A program made the position numbers and the translations under genes. The notes below the pieces were generated by a model, which worked only from the letters and a program-made list of their open reading frames with translations, was not told the DNA's origin and did not search any database. Positions 19,432 to 29,700 of a DNA stretch of 64,000 bases are shown one piece after another (position 1 is the first letter of the stretch; each line of letters starts with the position of its first letter). This DNA comes from a bacterium (GTDB lineage: Bacteria > J088 > JAWLBW01). The DNA lies in the NCBI GenBank assembly GCA_041690355.1, contig JAWLHK010000006.1:124001-188000 (forward strand). Reading direction: 5' to 3'.

Positions 19432-19993
19432 CTGAGTTTTCTCCATTCAACAGGTTGGGTCCGGTTCCCCTCTGGAGGGGACCGATGCGGAGCAGGCGCT
19501 CCGCTTCATGCGTGCCTTCAGGCGGAAAATGGTCGCTCGTGTACCCGTCCGATTCCACCACGGTCGCGCCGTGGCGCCGGGCAAAGGCGTGGAAAAGGGC
19601 GCGCGAGGGCCCGTTCGACGGCGTGACCGTCGTCTCGAGGTACCGGGCGGCGGCGTGGGCGGGCAGGGTGAGCAGAAAATCGAGCATGCGCCCGGCGACC
19701 CCCTGGCCGCGCACCGCCTCGCTCGTCGTGACCTGCCAGACGAAGAGCACGTCGGGCTTGCGGGGCGGGGTCCAAGCGGTCACGAACCCGACCGGTTCGC
19801 CCTGTTGCTCGGCGATCACGCTGGTGTGGCCGTGGTGGTCGGCCAGGAGCAGATAGCTGTAGGGGGAATTCAGATCGAGGACTTTCGAGTCGCGGGCGAG
19901 GCGCCAGAGAGCGGCGCCATCGGACAAGGTCGGGGTGCGGAGCTCGACCGGAAAAATCGTTCCCGGGAGCCGGTTGGGCGCTGAGGCTTTCAT
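19421..19993 (-). CDS. ectA: Diaminobutyrate acetyltransferase
   Basis: [37 protein letters not shown]. Confidence 0.95.
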   Translation of the reverse strand: MKASAPNRLPGTIFPVELRTPTLSDGAALWRLARDSKVLDLNSPYSYLLLADHHGHTSVIAEQQGEPVGFVTAWTPPRKPDVLFVWQVTTSEAVRGQGVAGRMLDFLLTLPAHAAARYLETTVTPSNGPSRALFHAFARRHGATVVESDGYTSDHFPPEGTHEAERLLRIGPLQRGTGPNLLNGENSDDG

Positions 19994-20115
19994 CAGTGGT
20001 CAGGCGGTCTGGATGGCCGGCGAGGCAGAAGGCTTCGAACCGGCTCCCCCTATCCTAACATGATTGAATCTCGCGTTTCACGCGAAGGTCCGCGAAAAAG
20101 TATGCGGATTTGTTA

Positions 20116-20131
20116 TGAAATCTTGATTTCA
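20116..20131. promoter_or_regulatory. Palindromic operator candidate upstream of ectA
   Basis: TGAAATC-TT-GATTTCA in an AT-rich stretch. Confidence 0.5.
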
Positions 20132-20261
20132 AACTTTGGTTGAAGGGCGAAGGTTCCCCGAGAGGGTCAGTGATTCTGGGCCCTTACGGGGCGAAAGTTC
20201 GGGGAGATTGTAGGGGTGCCGTGAAGCGACTATTTTGTGGAAATAAGCGAAAAAAGTTAGT

Positions 20262-20488
20262 GGCTGGGCGCTGGTCGCTGGGCGCTGGGTTGCGAGCATG
20301 GTGACTGGGGAGCAGCTTTGTGCGCCCCCTCGCTGTCGCGTCCACTCCGTTCCCGCCGTCAGCTCGGGACGAACGGGGGGGGAGTCAAGCGCCGAGCGCC
20401 AAGCGCTGAGCACCGAGGATGCACGACTCCGGAAATTGGCCCTTGCGCCCTTGCCGAAATCGTCAATCGTAAATCGTCAATCGTAAAT
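20262..20488. repeat. Heptamer repeats (GCTGGGC), (RAGCGCC)n, (AATCGTM)n
   Basis: Visible; the last two blocks are the reverse complement of the blocks at 7441-7572. Confidence 0.8.
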
Positions 20489-23121
20489 TATAGAAGGCGC
20501 CCCAGCAGGTCCGTACATTCCCTGGACGTCAGTTTCCCATCCAAGGTTCTCAGGGCCGCTTCGGCCTGCGCCTTGCGGTCGCCGGCCAGGCGCCTCCACG
20601 ACTCGAAAGCGCCCAGCAGGCGGGCCGCCACCTGGGCGTTGATCTTCTCCTGCGCCGGAAGCCGCTCGGCCAGCAGCCGGTACCCCTCGCCGTCGGCGCG
20701 GTGGAAGGCCGTCGGGTTCATGCGCGAAAAGGTGCCCAGAACGGCCCGGACACGGTTCGGGTTCGTCGGCAGCCACCAGGGGGAGTCGAGGAGCGCCCGC
20801 ACGTCGCCCAGGGCATCGGGGTGCGGACGGGTCGCCACCAGGCCGAGCCACTTGTCGGTGACCAGCGGGTCATCCCGATACCGCTCGCGGAAGGTCTGAA
20901 GCGCCGTCTCCTTGCCGGGCGCGTCGAAGCGCACGAGGGCCCCGAGGGCGGCGATCCGGTCGGTCATGGTCTGCGCCGCCTCGAACTGGGCCTGCGCGGG
21001 GGCCGGGTCGAGGCGCGCCATCCACCCCAGGCAGGCGTTCCGCAAGGCGCGGGCGGCCATGGCGGGTCCCTCCAGTCCCCCGGCCGCCGCATCAGCCAAG
21101 GCCGCGTACCGTCGCGCCAGCCGTTCCGCGTGCGTCGCCGCCAGCTCGTGCAGCAGGCGCTCGCGTCCGCCGAGCAGGTCATCGACATCGATGACGGGGG
21201 CCATCTCGGCCAGCGTCTCGAAGCCGGGCAGGTTCAGGCATTCCGCCACGAAATGCGGATCGGCATCCGGATCGTCCAGCAGGTTCCCCACGGCGGCCGA
21301 AAGGGCTTGGCGCGCCTCGGCATCCTGCTCGAAGCGGTGCAGCAGGATGCCCACGACCAGCCGCTGCAGGGCCTCCCAGCGGTTGAAGGAGTCGCCATCG
21401 ATGGCCGCGAGCCGCCCCAGATCGGCGGGCGAATAGGGAAAGTCGACCTTCACCGGCGCCCCGAACCCCTGGTTGAACGAGGGGAGGGGACGTTCCCAAA
21501 GTCCCTCGAAGCGCAGCGTGCGCGACTCGTCGACCAGCTCGAAGAGCATCTGCCCGTTCCCCTCGTCCCTGACCGGCGCCTCGGCCGGCGGTACGGTCAG
21601 CGGCGCCCCCTCGGTTCCATAGAGACAGAAGCGCAGGGGAACCGTGACCGGCAGCTTCTCGGGCTGGCTGGGGGTCGGCGGCGTCGACTGCGTGAGGGTC
21701 AGCGTGTAAGTCCCCCGTTCGGCGTCCCAGGCCTCGGTGATGCGCACCTCGGGGGTGCCGGCCTGGCGGTACCAGCGGGCGAAGTGCTCGAGGCCGCGTC
21801 CCGAGGCCGCCGCCAGGGCCGCGAGAAAATCCTCGACCGTGGCGGCGCGGCCGTCGTTGTCGGCAAAGTACTTGTCGCATCCGCGGCGGAAGGTCTCTTC
21901 GCCCAGAAGCGTGTGCAGCATGCGCACCAGCTCGGCCCCCTTTTCGTAGACGGTGGCCGTATAGAAGTTGTTGATCTCGCGGTAGGAGTCGGGGCGCACG
22001 GGGTGGGCGAGGGCGCCGGCATCCTCGGCGAACTGGCGCGCGCGCAGCTGGCGCACGTCCTCGATGCGCTTGACGGCCCGCGAGTGCAGATCCGACGTGA
22101 ACTCCTGGTCGCGGAAGACGGTGAACCCCTCCTTCAGCGACAGCTGGAACCATTCGCGCAGCGTCACGCGGTTGCCCGACCAGTTGTGGAAGTATTCGTG
22201 GCCGATGACCGCCTCGATGGCAAGGTAGTCGTGGTCGGTAGCCGTGTCGGTGTCGGCGAGCACGTAGCGGGCGTTGAAGACGTTCAGCCCCTTGTTCTCC
22301 ATGGCCCCCATGGTGAAGTCCTGCACGGCGACCAGATTGTAGACGTCGAGATCGTAGAAGCGGCCGAAGCGCTGCTCGTCCCAGCGCAGCGAACGCTCGA
22401 GGGCGCCGAGGGCATAGTCGCAGCGGGGGATGTCGTTCGGCGCCGCCCAGATCGCGAGGCGCACCGTGCGCCCCTCGCCGGTGGTCACGTCCTTGTGCAC
22501 GTTCTCGAGGCGGCCGGCGACGACGGCGAAGAGATAGGCCGGGGTCGGATGCGGATTTTCCCAGACCGCCTCATGACGCCCGCCATCAATCTTCCGCACG
22601 CCGTGGGGATTGCCGTTCCCGAGGAGCACGGGGAACTGGTCAGCGTCGGCGCGCAGCGTGATCTTCCACGTCGGCATGACGTCGGGGCGGTCCTGGAAGA
22701 AGGTGATCCGGCGGAAGCCTTCGGCCTCGCACTGCGTGATGAGCAGGCCGCGGCTGGCGTACAGCCCTTCGAGCTGCGTGTTCTTTTCGGGGTGGATGCG
22801 GACGCGCGTCTCGACGACGCACGCCCCCGTCAGCCCCTCGATCGTCAGCCCGCCTTCGGTCTGGCGGTAGCGATCGGCCGCGAGCGGCTTTCCGTCGATC
22901 TGCAGTGACAGCAGCTCGAGCCCTTCGCCGTCGAGCACCAGCGGCCCCGGGTTTTCTGCGTTGGGCTCCACGTGCAGGCGGGCGGTCACTTCGGTGGCGG
23001 CGGGGTCCAGGTCAAATTCCACCTCGGCCCGGCGGATCACCCAGGCGGGGGGGCGGTAGTCGCTGAGGAAAATCTGGGTCGGTGCGGATGGGGTCGAACC
23101 GGTGTTGTCGAGCTTGGGCAT
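20488..23121 (-). CDS. pepN: Aminopeptidase N (M1 family)
   Basis: GAMENKGLN, HEYFH-x18-E, YEKGAE. Confidence 0.97.
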   Translation of the reverse strand: MPKLDNTGSTPSAPTQIFLSDYRPPAWVIRRAEVEFDLDPAATEVTARLHVEPNAENPGPLVLDGEGLELLSLQIDGKPLAADRYRQTEGGLTIEGLTGACVVETRVRIHPEKNTQLEGLYASRGLLITQCEAEGFRRITFFQDRPDVMPTWKITLRADADQFPVLLGNGNPHGVRKIDGGRHEAVWENPHPTPAYLFAVVAGRLENVHKDVTTGEGRTVRLAIWAAPNDIPRCDYALGALERSLRWDEQRFGRFYDLDVYNLVAVQDFTMGAMENKGLNVFNARYVLADTDTATDHDYLAIEAVIGHEYFHNWSGNRVTLREWFQLSLKEGFTVFRDQEFTSDLHSRAVKRIEDVRQLRARQFAEDAGALAHPVRPDSYREINNFYTATVYEKGAELVRMLHTLLGEETFRRGCDKYFADNDGRAATVEDFLAALAAASGRGLEHFARWYRQAGTPEVRITEAWDAERGTYTLTLTQSTPPTPSQPEKLPVTVPLRFCLYGTEGAPLTVPPAEAPVRDEGNGQMLFELVDESRTLRFEGLWERPLPSFNQGFGAPVKVDFPYSPADLGRLAAIDGDSFNRWEALQRLVVGILLHRFEQDAEARQALSAAVGNLLDDPDADPHFVAECLNLPGFETLAEMAPVIDVDDLLGGRERLLHELAATHAERLARRYAALADAAAGGLEGPAMAARALRNACLGWMARLDPAPAQAQFEAAQTMTDRIAALGALVRFDAPGKETALQTFRERYRDDPLVTDKWLGLVATRPHPDALGDVRALLDSPWWLPTNPNRVRAVLGTFSRMNPTAFHRADGEGYRLLAERLPAQEKINAQVAARLLGAFESWRRLAGDRKAQAEAALRTLDGKLTSRECTDLLGRLL

Positions 23122-23184
23122 GGGGAGCTTCCGGAGGGAACAGGGGAGTAAAGGGGATCTTTTTATGCTAGCACAGCGAAGGGC

Positions 23185-23245
23185 ACCTCACCCCCGTCGC
23201 CGCTTGGGGCGGCGTCGGCCCCTCTCCTTCGTAAGGAGAGGGGAT
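23185..23245. repeat. REP-like hairpin CCTCACCCCC...CCCCTCTCC-TTCGTAA-GGAGAGGGG
   Basis: GC-rich inverted repeat in the intergenic region. Confidence 0.55.
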
Positions 23246-23287
23246 GGGTTCCCCACCGGGGCCGCTTCCGTGTTCGTTGATTCCTTT

Positions 23288-23573
23288 GTTCCTGCCGTTT
23301 CCTCCCGATCCCCGAAGGGACCGACGTTCTGCCCGGTTCCGATTGGCTCCCCGGAGGGACCGACGTTCTGCCCGGTTCCGATTGGCTCCCCGGAGGGACC
23401 AACGTTCTGCCCGGTTCCTTTTGGAGTCACGAAGGGACCTAACGTTCTGCCCGGTTCCTTCCGAGCCCTGAAGGGGCGACGGCCTTCTGCCCAGGGCAGG
23501 GCCCTGGGTTGCGGGAAGGGGCTCCCCTGTGTTTTCTTTTGCCCTTCCCGCGAGCGTCTGCGAGCAGAGCCGC
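23288..23573 (+). repeat. Dispersed element copy 1: about 4-5 tandem 39-40-bp units plus palindromic core
   Basis: CTGCCC anchors at 23329, 23368, 23407, 23447, 23487; core GCCCTGAAGGGGCG...CCCAGGGCAGGGCCCTGGG...GAGCGTCTGCGAGCA. Confidence 0.9.
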
Positions 23574-23675
23574 TTCCGGGGCCTCTCAGACCGCAGAAGG
23601 CGGAATATTCGCCGAGGGAAGGTGTCTGCTTTCCGTGGTTTTGCGACAGAGTGCTACATATGCTACGCTTTTCTC

Positions 23676-23945
23676 ATGAGCCGCTTCATCACGCAACGGG
23701 AGTTCCGCAACCAGTCCGCCGCGGTTCTGCGCGAGGTGCAGGCCGGCGAAACCCTCATCGTGACCCGCAACGGCACGCCCGTGGCCGAGCTGCGGCCGAT
23801 TCAGCCGCGCCGCTTTGTTCCCCGGGCGACCCTTGCCGCCGCCGGGGCAAAGGCGCCGTGCATCGACGCCGCACAGTTCTTCACGGATCTGGAGCGCGTG
23901 GTTGACCAGGGTATCGTTCGGGAGACCGATGACGGAGCCGACTGA
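23676..23945 (+). CDS. Phd/YefM-family antitoxin
   Basis: ITQREFRNQSAAVLREVQAGETLIVTRNGTPVAELRP. Confidence 0.9.
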   Translation: MSRFITQREFRNQSAAVLREVQAGETLIVTRNGTPVAELRPIQPRRFVPRATLAAAGAKAPCIDAAQFFTDLERVVDQGIVRETDDGAD

Positions 23946-24339
23946 GCCGAGGCGGGGGCTGCTCGACACCTCGGTCGTGATTGACCTGCATGTCATCGAC
24001 CCGAGCCGGCTGCCCGACGAATCCAGCATCGCCGCCGTGACCCTCGCCGAGCTCGCGGCCGGGCCCCATGCGGCACAGACCGACGACGAACGCGCGAGAC
24101 GGCAGGATCGCCTGCAGTGGGCGGCCGCCACTTGGGATCCGCTGCCGTTCGACGCCGACGTCGCGCGCGTCTACGGCCGCATCTTCGCCGCCGTGAAAGC
24201 CGCAGGCCGCACGACCCGGCCGCGCCTGGCCGATCTCTTCATCGCCGCGACGGCCGCCGCGCACGGCCTCTCCTTGTACACCCGCAACCCTGGCGACTTC
24301 GTGGGGCTCGAGTCCCTTGTGGATGTGCGGGCGGTGTGA
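23929..24339 (+). CDS. PIN-domain (VapC-type) toxin
   Basis: LLDTSVVI...TLAEL...ADLFIAATA...LYTRNPGDF. Confidence 0.92.
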   Translation: MTEPTEPRRGLLDTSVVIDLHVIDPSRLPDESSIAAVTLAELAAGPHAAQTDDERARRQDRLQWAAATWDPLPFDADVARVYGRIFAAVKAAGRTTRPRLADLFIAATAAAHGLSLYTRNPGDFVGLESLVDVRAV

Positions 24340-24441
24340 GGTCGTCGGTCGTCAGTCCAGTTGTAAGTCATCAGTCATCGTTTTCTGTCAGTACGTCGCC
24401 GCATCCGACACACCGTATGGTCACGTGCTATGATGCAAACG

Positions 24442-24753
24442 ATGCTCGCACCACGCAAAGAAGACGTAATCGCCATTCTCAGGGCGCATGAGGCCGAAAT
24501 CCGGTCGCTGGGGATCGACCGATTGGCGCTGTTCGGTTCGACGGCTGCCGGGCAGGCAAGAGCCGAGAGCGATGTGGATGTGCTGGTGGAGTTCCGTACC
24601 GGGACGAAGACCTACGATCGATTCCTTGCGCTCGGCGATCTTCTCGAAAAGCTTCTGGGACATCGAGTAGAAATCGTCACGCGTGAGTCGCTGAGCCCGC
24701 ACCTCGGTCCACACATCCTCGCCACGGCCTTCGATGTCCTTGTCCCGGCGTGA
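24442..24753 (+). CDS. Minimal nucleotidyltransferase (MntA-type antitoxin)
   Basis: [22 protein letters not shown]; start could also be 24430 or 24433. Confidence 0.9.
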   Translation: MLAPRKEDVIAILRAHEAEIRSLGIDRLALFGSTAAGQARAESDVDVLVEFRTGTKTYDRFLALGDLLEKLLGHRVEIVTRESLSPHLGPHILATAFDVLVPA

Positions 24754-25168
24754 GTTATTCGCGCACATGCTCGACGAGGCCGACTACCTGCTCACCGAGG
24801 CAGCCTCGCGCACCCAGGATGCCTTTCTGGCAGATCCCACACTGCGACGTGCGTTTGTCCGCAGTCTGGAGATCATTGGCGAGGCCGCCAAACGAGTCCC
24901 GCCAGAGACGCGCGAGAAGTTTCCGGATATCGAGTGGCGGGCGATGACCGGGATGCGTGATCGCCTGATTCACGGCTATTTCGGCGTCGACTACGAGATT
25001 GTGTGGGATGTCGTGCGCAACAAGATCCCGGCGCTACGTGTGCAGCTGCTCGACGCGTTTCTGCAGAAGTGGAATAGCTCTTCCGAACTTCCAGGGGAAG
25101 GAGCGTCCTGCCCGGTCCTTCCGAGCCCTGAAGACCCGTCGCTCTGCCCGGTACCTTCCGAGTCCTGA
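24734..25168 (+). CDS. HEPN/DUF86 (HepT-type) RNase toxin, C-terminus extends into the repeat
   Basis: [11 protein letters not shown]...[21 protein letters not shown] (Rx4H). Confidence 0.9.
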   Translation: MSLSRRELFAHMLDEADYLLTEAASRTQDAFLADPTLRRAFVRSLEIIGEAAKRVPPETREKFPDIEWRAMTGMRDRLIHGYFGVDYEIVWDVVRNKIPALRVQLLDAFLQKWNSSSELPGEGASCPVLPSPEDPSLCPVPSES

Positions 25169-25312
25169 AGCGACCCGTGGCTCTGCCCGGTTCCATTGGA
25201 GCCCTGAAGGGGCGACGGCTTTCTGCCCAGGGCAGGGCCCTGGGTTGCGGGAGAGGCAACTCTCCTGTTTTTTTCTTTGGCCCTTCCCGCGAGCGTCTGC
25301 GAGCAGCGCCGC
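25105..25312 (+). repeat. Dispersed element copy 2 (three 36-40-bp units plus core)
   Basis: CTGCCC anchors at 25108, 25144, 25183, 25223; same core as copy 1. Confidence 0.9.
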
Positions 25313-25391
25313 CTCTCGGGCGCCTCAGCGGCAGCGACATGGGGAATCGGCTGGACAGCCCTTGTCCCGCCGGGCGATGATAATGGCCCGC

Positions 25392-26201
25392 ATGACAAAC
25401 ACCATTGAGACAACATCCCGACCGAACATCCGCACGACCGTTTCCTTCCCCCACCGCTACGCCGCGGTCTGTCGCGAAGAGCGCAACTATGCCGCCTTGC
25501 TCTATCACGCGCTGCTCCTTCCGGGAAACCTGCAGGCCTTTCTCGCGCGCCTGGGGTGCGGCGACGTGAAGGCGGAAGCGTGCGCCCTCTACTTCGAATA
25601 CGCTTTCCTGCGCGACCTCTGGTTCAGCACGCCCGACGAAGCGTCGCGGCGCGCCATCCTGCGGAACCATCTGCCCATCCGTGACATCGAGCAGATCTCG
25701 GCGCTGCCGGTCCGCGAATTGAACGAAGCCTTCGGCGTGCGCGGGCATGCGTCCGAGAACTACATCCAGTTCCCCGGCAGCTGGGCCATTACGCGCTATG
25801 CCGACAAGGGGTTCGACAACGACGACTTTCTGGCCATCTGCCGCTTCAAGTGGGCGTTCAACATCAAACCCGACCTGGTCATCGAGCTCGGTCCCGACCG
25901 CGCTGTCTGCATCGAAGCCAAGGTGGAATCGGGGGAAGGGCAGTACCCCTCCACCGACAAGGACAAGGCGCTGTTCCAGGCGCGCGGCATCCCCTACGTC
26001 GGCCAGCTGGATCTCCAGCGGTACATGATGGACGAGCTGCTCGGCATGCAGACGGATTTCTGGTATCTGGTGCAGCGGGTCGGCACGCCCACGGAAACGC
26101 CGACGATCACCTGGGCCGAGGCGTTTGCAGAACTTGATCTGACCGGGCTGCCGCCGTTCGCGAGGGAGATGGTGGGGAATCTGCAAGAGTCGAGAGTCTA
26201 G
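25392..26201 (+). CDS. Hypothetical PD-(D/E)xK nuclease-like protein
   Basis: IKPDLVIELGPDRAVCIEAKVESGEG motif. Confidence 0.65.
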   Translation: MTNTIETTSRPNIRTTVSFPHRYAAVCREERNYAALLYHALLLPGNLQAFLARLGCGDVKAEACALYFEYAFLRDLWFSTPDEASRRAILRNHLPIRDIEQISALPVRELNEAFGVRGHASENYIQFPGSWAITRYADKGFDNDDFLAICRFKWAFNIKPDLVIELGPDRAVCIEAKVESGEGQYPSTDKDKALFQARGIPYVGQLDLQRYMMDELLGMQTDFWYLVQRVGTPTETPTITWAEAFAELDLTGLPPFAREMVGNLQESRV

Positions 26202-26245
26202 AGTCCGGAGTTCGAGAGTCAGCAATCGGCAGTCTTCTGTCGCCA
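26187..26245. repeat. Degenerate heptamer repeats (AGAGTCN)
   Basis: AGAGTCGAGAGTCTAGAGTCCGGAGTTCGAGAGTC. Confidence 0.65.
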
Positions 26246-26349
26246 GCCTTCGGACGTAGATGGCTCCCCGTCCTCGGCCTCCCGGTGCAGCGCCGGCGGA
26301 TGCCGAAGGCGGCGCGTGAGTCGGGGTAAAAGGTGACGGCGGCCACGTG

Positions 26350-26527
26350 ATGGACCCGTGTGTTCTGTCCGGTTCTTTCGAATCCTTGATGCGACCCGCC
26401 GCTCTGCCCGGTACCTTCCGAGCCCTGAAGGGGCGATGGTCAACTGCCCAAGGCAGGGCCCTGGGTTGCGGGGGATGTCTCCCTTTTTTCTTTTGCCCTT
26501 TCCGCGAGCGTCTGCGAGCAGAGCCGC
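26350..26527 (+). repeat. Dispersed element copy 3 (two units plus core)
   Basis: Anchors at 26365, 26404, 26444; same core. Confidence 0.88.
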
Positions 26528-26721
26528 CTCATCCACGTTCGTCAGTGCGGCGCTTGTGTTTTTATCCCCCCCTCTCCCGCTCCCCCACTCCCCCCCTCCG
26601 CAAGGGAAATCGGGGGTGCACAGGAAAACCCGCCGCTTGCACGATCCCACTCAAGTGGCTAGCCTATAGCTTGGTTGATTTTTCCCCCGGGGGAACCCGT
26701 GGGTTCCCGAGCGTTGACTGC

Positions 26722-29700
26722 ATGAGCACCCTGTCTGAACCGCCCGTCCCGAACGAACCTGCCGAAAACCTCGAAGCCATCGAAGCATTCCTCGCGCGCT
26801 GGAAGAACGTCGACGGGAGCGAACGGGCGAATTACCAGCTCTTTCTCACCGAACTCTGCGTCGCCCTGGGGCTCGACAAGCCCGACCCCGCCTCGAAAGA
26901 CACCGAACAGAACGCCTACGTCTTCGAGCGGCGGGTCGACAACGTCGAACGCACTGGTTCGTCCACGGCCAACTTCATCGATCTCTACAAGCGCGACTGC
27001 TTCGTGCTCGAGGCCAAGCAGACGGGGCTCAACGTGGCCACGGCCGGGTGGGACAAGGCCATGGAAGCCGCCTACCAGCAGGCCTCCCGCTACGCCCGCG
27101 CACTGCCGGCGGCCGAGGGGCGCCCCCCGTTCGTCATCGTGACCGACGTCGGCCGCTCCTTCGAAATCTATGCGGAATTTTCCCGCTCGGGCGCCAACTA
27201 CGTCGCCTTTCCCGACCCCCGCAGCTACCGCATCCGCCTCGAGGATCTACGCAAGCCCGAAATCCGCGCGCGGCTGCGGGCCATCTGGACCGACCCGCTG
27301 ACGCTCGATCCGGGGCGGCAGTCGGCCAAGGTCACCCGCGAGATCGCCGACGACCTGGCCCGCCTGGCCCGCTCGCTCGAACAGAGCGGACACGCCGCCG
27401 ACCGGGTCGCCCAGTTTCTCATGCGCTGCCTGTTCACGATGTTCGCCGAAGACGTCGGTCTGCTGCCGAAGAACGCCTTCAAGGATCTGCTCGTGAGCGT
27501 GCGCGACAACCCGTCGCACTTCGTGCCGCTCGTGCACGGGCTGTGGAAGACCATGAACACAGGGGGCTTCTCCCCCGAGATCCGCGAGTCGCTGCTGCGC
27601 TTCAACGGCGGCCTGTTCGAAGACACGCAGGTGCTGAACCTCACCAAAGATCAGATCGACCTGCTCATTCAGGCCGCGAAGGCCGACTGGCGCTACGTCG
27701 AACCCTCGATCTTCGGCACGCTGCTCGAGCGCGCCCTCGACCCCCACGAGCGCCACAAGCTCGGCGCCCACTACACGCCGCGCGCCTACGTCGAACGGCT
27801 CGTCATGCCGACGATCATCGAGCCGCTGCGCCAGGACTGGGAGATCGCCAAGGTCGCGGCCTCGACCTGGGAGGCGCAGGGCAAACACGACAAGGCGGTG
27901 CAGGAGATCAAGGACTTCCAGCGCAAGCTCTGCGCCGTGCGCGTGCTCGACCCCGCCTGCGGGTCCGGAAACTTTCTCTACGTGACCCTCGAGCACATGA
28001 AGCGCCTTGAGGGCGAAGTGCTCAACACCCTGAAGGATCTGGGCGAATCGGGCACGCTCGAAATGGGCGGGAACACGGTGGACCCGCACCAGTTTCTCGG
28101 CCTCGAGATCAACCCCCGCGCGGCCGCCATCGCCGAGATGGTGCTCTGGATCGGCTATCTGCAGTGGCACTTCCGCACGCATGGCCACGTGAACCCGCCC
28201 GAGCCGGTGCTGCGCAACTTTCACAACATCGAGTGCCGCGACGCGCTCATCGAATACGACGGGTGGGAGTGGGAGACCGACGAGCAGGGCAAAGTGGTCA
28301 CCCGCTGGGATGGCCGCACGTTCAAGAAACATCCGGTCACCGGCGAAGACGTCCCCGACGATGCGGCCCGCGTCCCGAACAGGATCTACAAGAATCCCCG
28401 CAAGGCGACCTGGCCCGAGGCGGATTTCGTGGTGGGGAATCCGCCGTTTATCGGGGCTCGACGAATTCGCAGTGCACTAGGTGACGGATATGTCGATTCT
28501 CTTCGGAAGACTTATCCAGAGGTAGTAGAATCGGCAGATTTCGTTATGTATTGGTGGCACAAGGCCGCTGAGAACGTCGCGGTAGGTGCAACCAGGCGCT
28601 TTGGGCTGATTACCACTAATAGTATCGTGCAGGACTACTCACGACCGGTGGTTGACATGCACCTTAACAAACCAAAAGGACCTGCCATAGTATTTGCAGT
28701 CGCCGATCACCCATGGGTTGAGTCCGCAGACGGTGCTGCGGTACGTATCGCAATGACTGTTGTCAGTGGAACGTCTGAATCCGCAAACGCAACACTGGGA
28801 CGAGAAATTTGCAGTGACAGTGGGGGCGCGGCAGATATTCAATATCGTAGTGTAGTAGCGATTAATGCGTCTCTAACGACAGGCGCTGGTGTTCATAGCG
28901 CAGTTCCGCTGACGGCAAATGCGAATATCTGCTTTCAAGGTGTCGTGCCTGCCGGAGACGGCTTCAAACTATCTGAGGCAGAGTTCAGTAGCCTACAGCT
29001 AGATATCGCCAGCTTGCCATCAGTGATCAAGAAATACGTAATTGGAAAGGATCTGGTGCAGCGACCAGAACCGAAATTTATTATTGACCTCTTCGGTTAT
29101 AGCCTTGAGGAAGCCAAAATCGGTTTTCCCTCGCTGTATCAGCGCCTATTGGATAGGGTTTATCCAGAGCGAAAGCATAACAAACGCGACGCATATCGTA
29201 AGAATTGGTGGATTTTCGCCGAGCCGCGGCCTGCAATGAGAACTGCACTTCGGGGTCTATCTCGATTTATCGCAACCCCCTATACAGCAAAATACAGACC
29301 CTTTATTTTCGTGGACGGAGACACCCTGCCTGACGCGATGGCCTATGCAATCGCCTCCGCAGACGCGTTTATTTTAGGGGTACTTTCGTCAAAGGTTCAC
29401 TCTCTTTGGGCTAAGGCTGCCGGTGGTACGCTTGAGGACCGTCCACGCTATAACAGTAAGATGACGTTTCTCCCGTTCCCGTTCCCGTCATCAAGTGGTG
29501 AATCCGCAGAGAACATTCGGGTACTTGCTGAGAACCTTGATGCACATCGAAAGGCTCGGCAGGCATTGCAGAACAGTTTGACGCTAACGGCAACCTACAA
29601 CGTGCTCGAGAAGCTGCGCAGCGGCGAGCCGCTCACCGCGAAAGAGCGCACGATTCACGAGCAGGGGCTCGTCTCGGTGCTCAAGGAGATCCACGACGAC

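Noticed and set aside
23288-23500. 39-bp periodic array as a CRISPR array
   Set aside because: The intervening parts are near-identical or homologous rather than unique spacers, the period is too short, and there are no cas genes in the window.
26347-26721. N-terminal extension of the R-M ORF (similarly 24999-25391 and 23529-23675)
   Set aside because: These translate the repeat element; downstream ATGs fit the protein families better.
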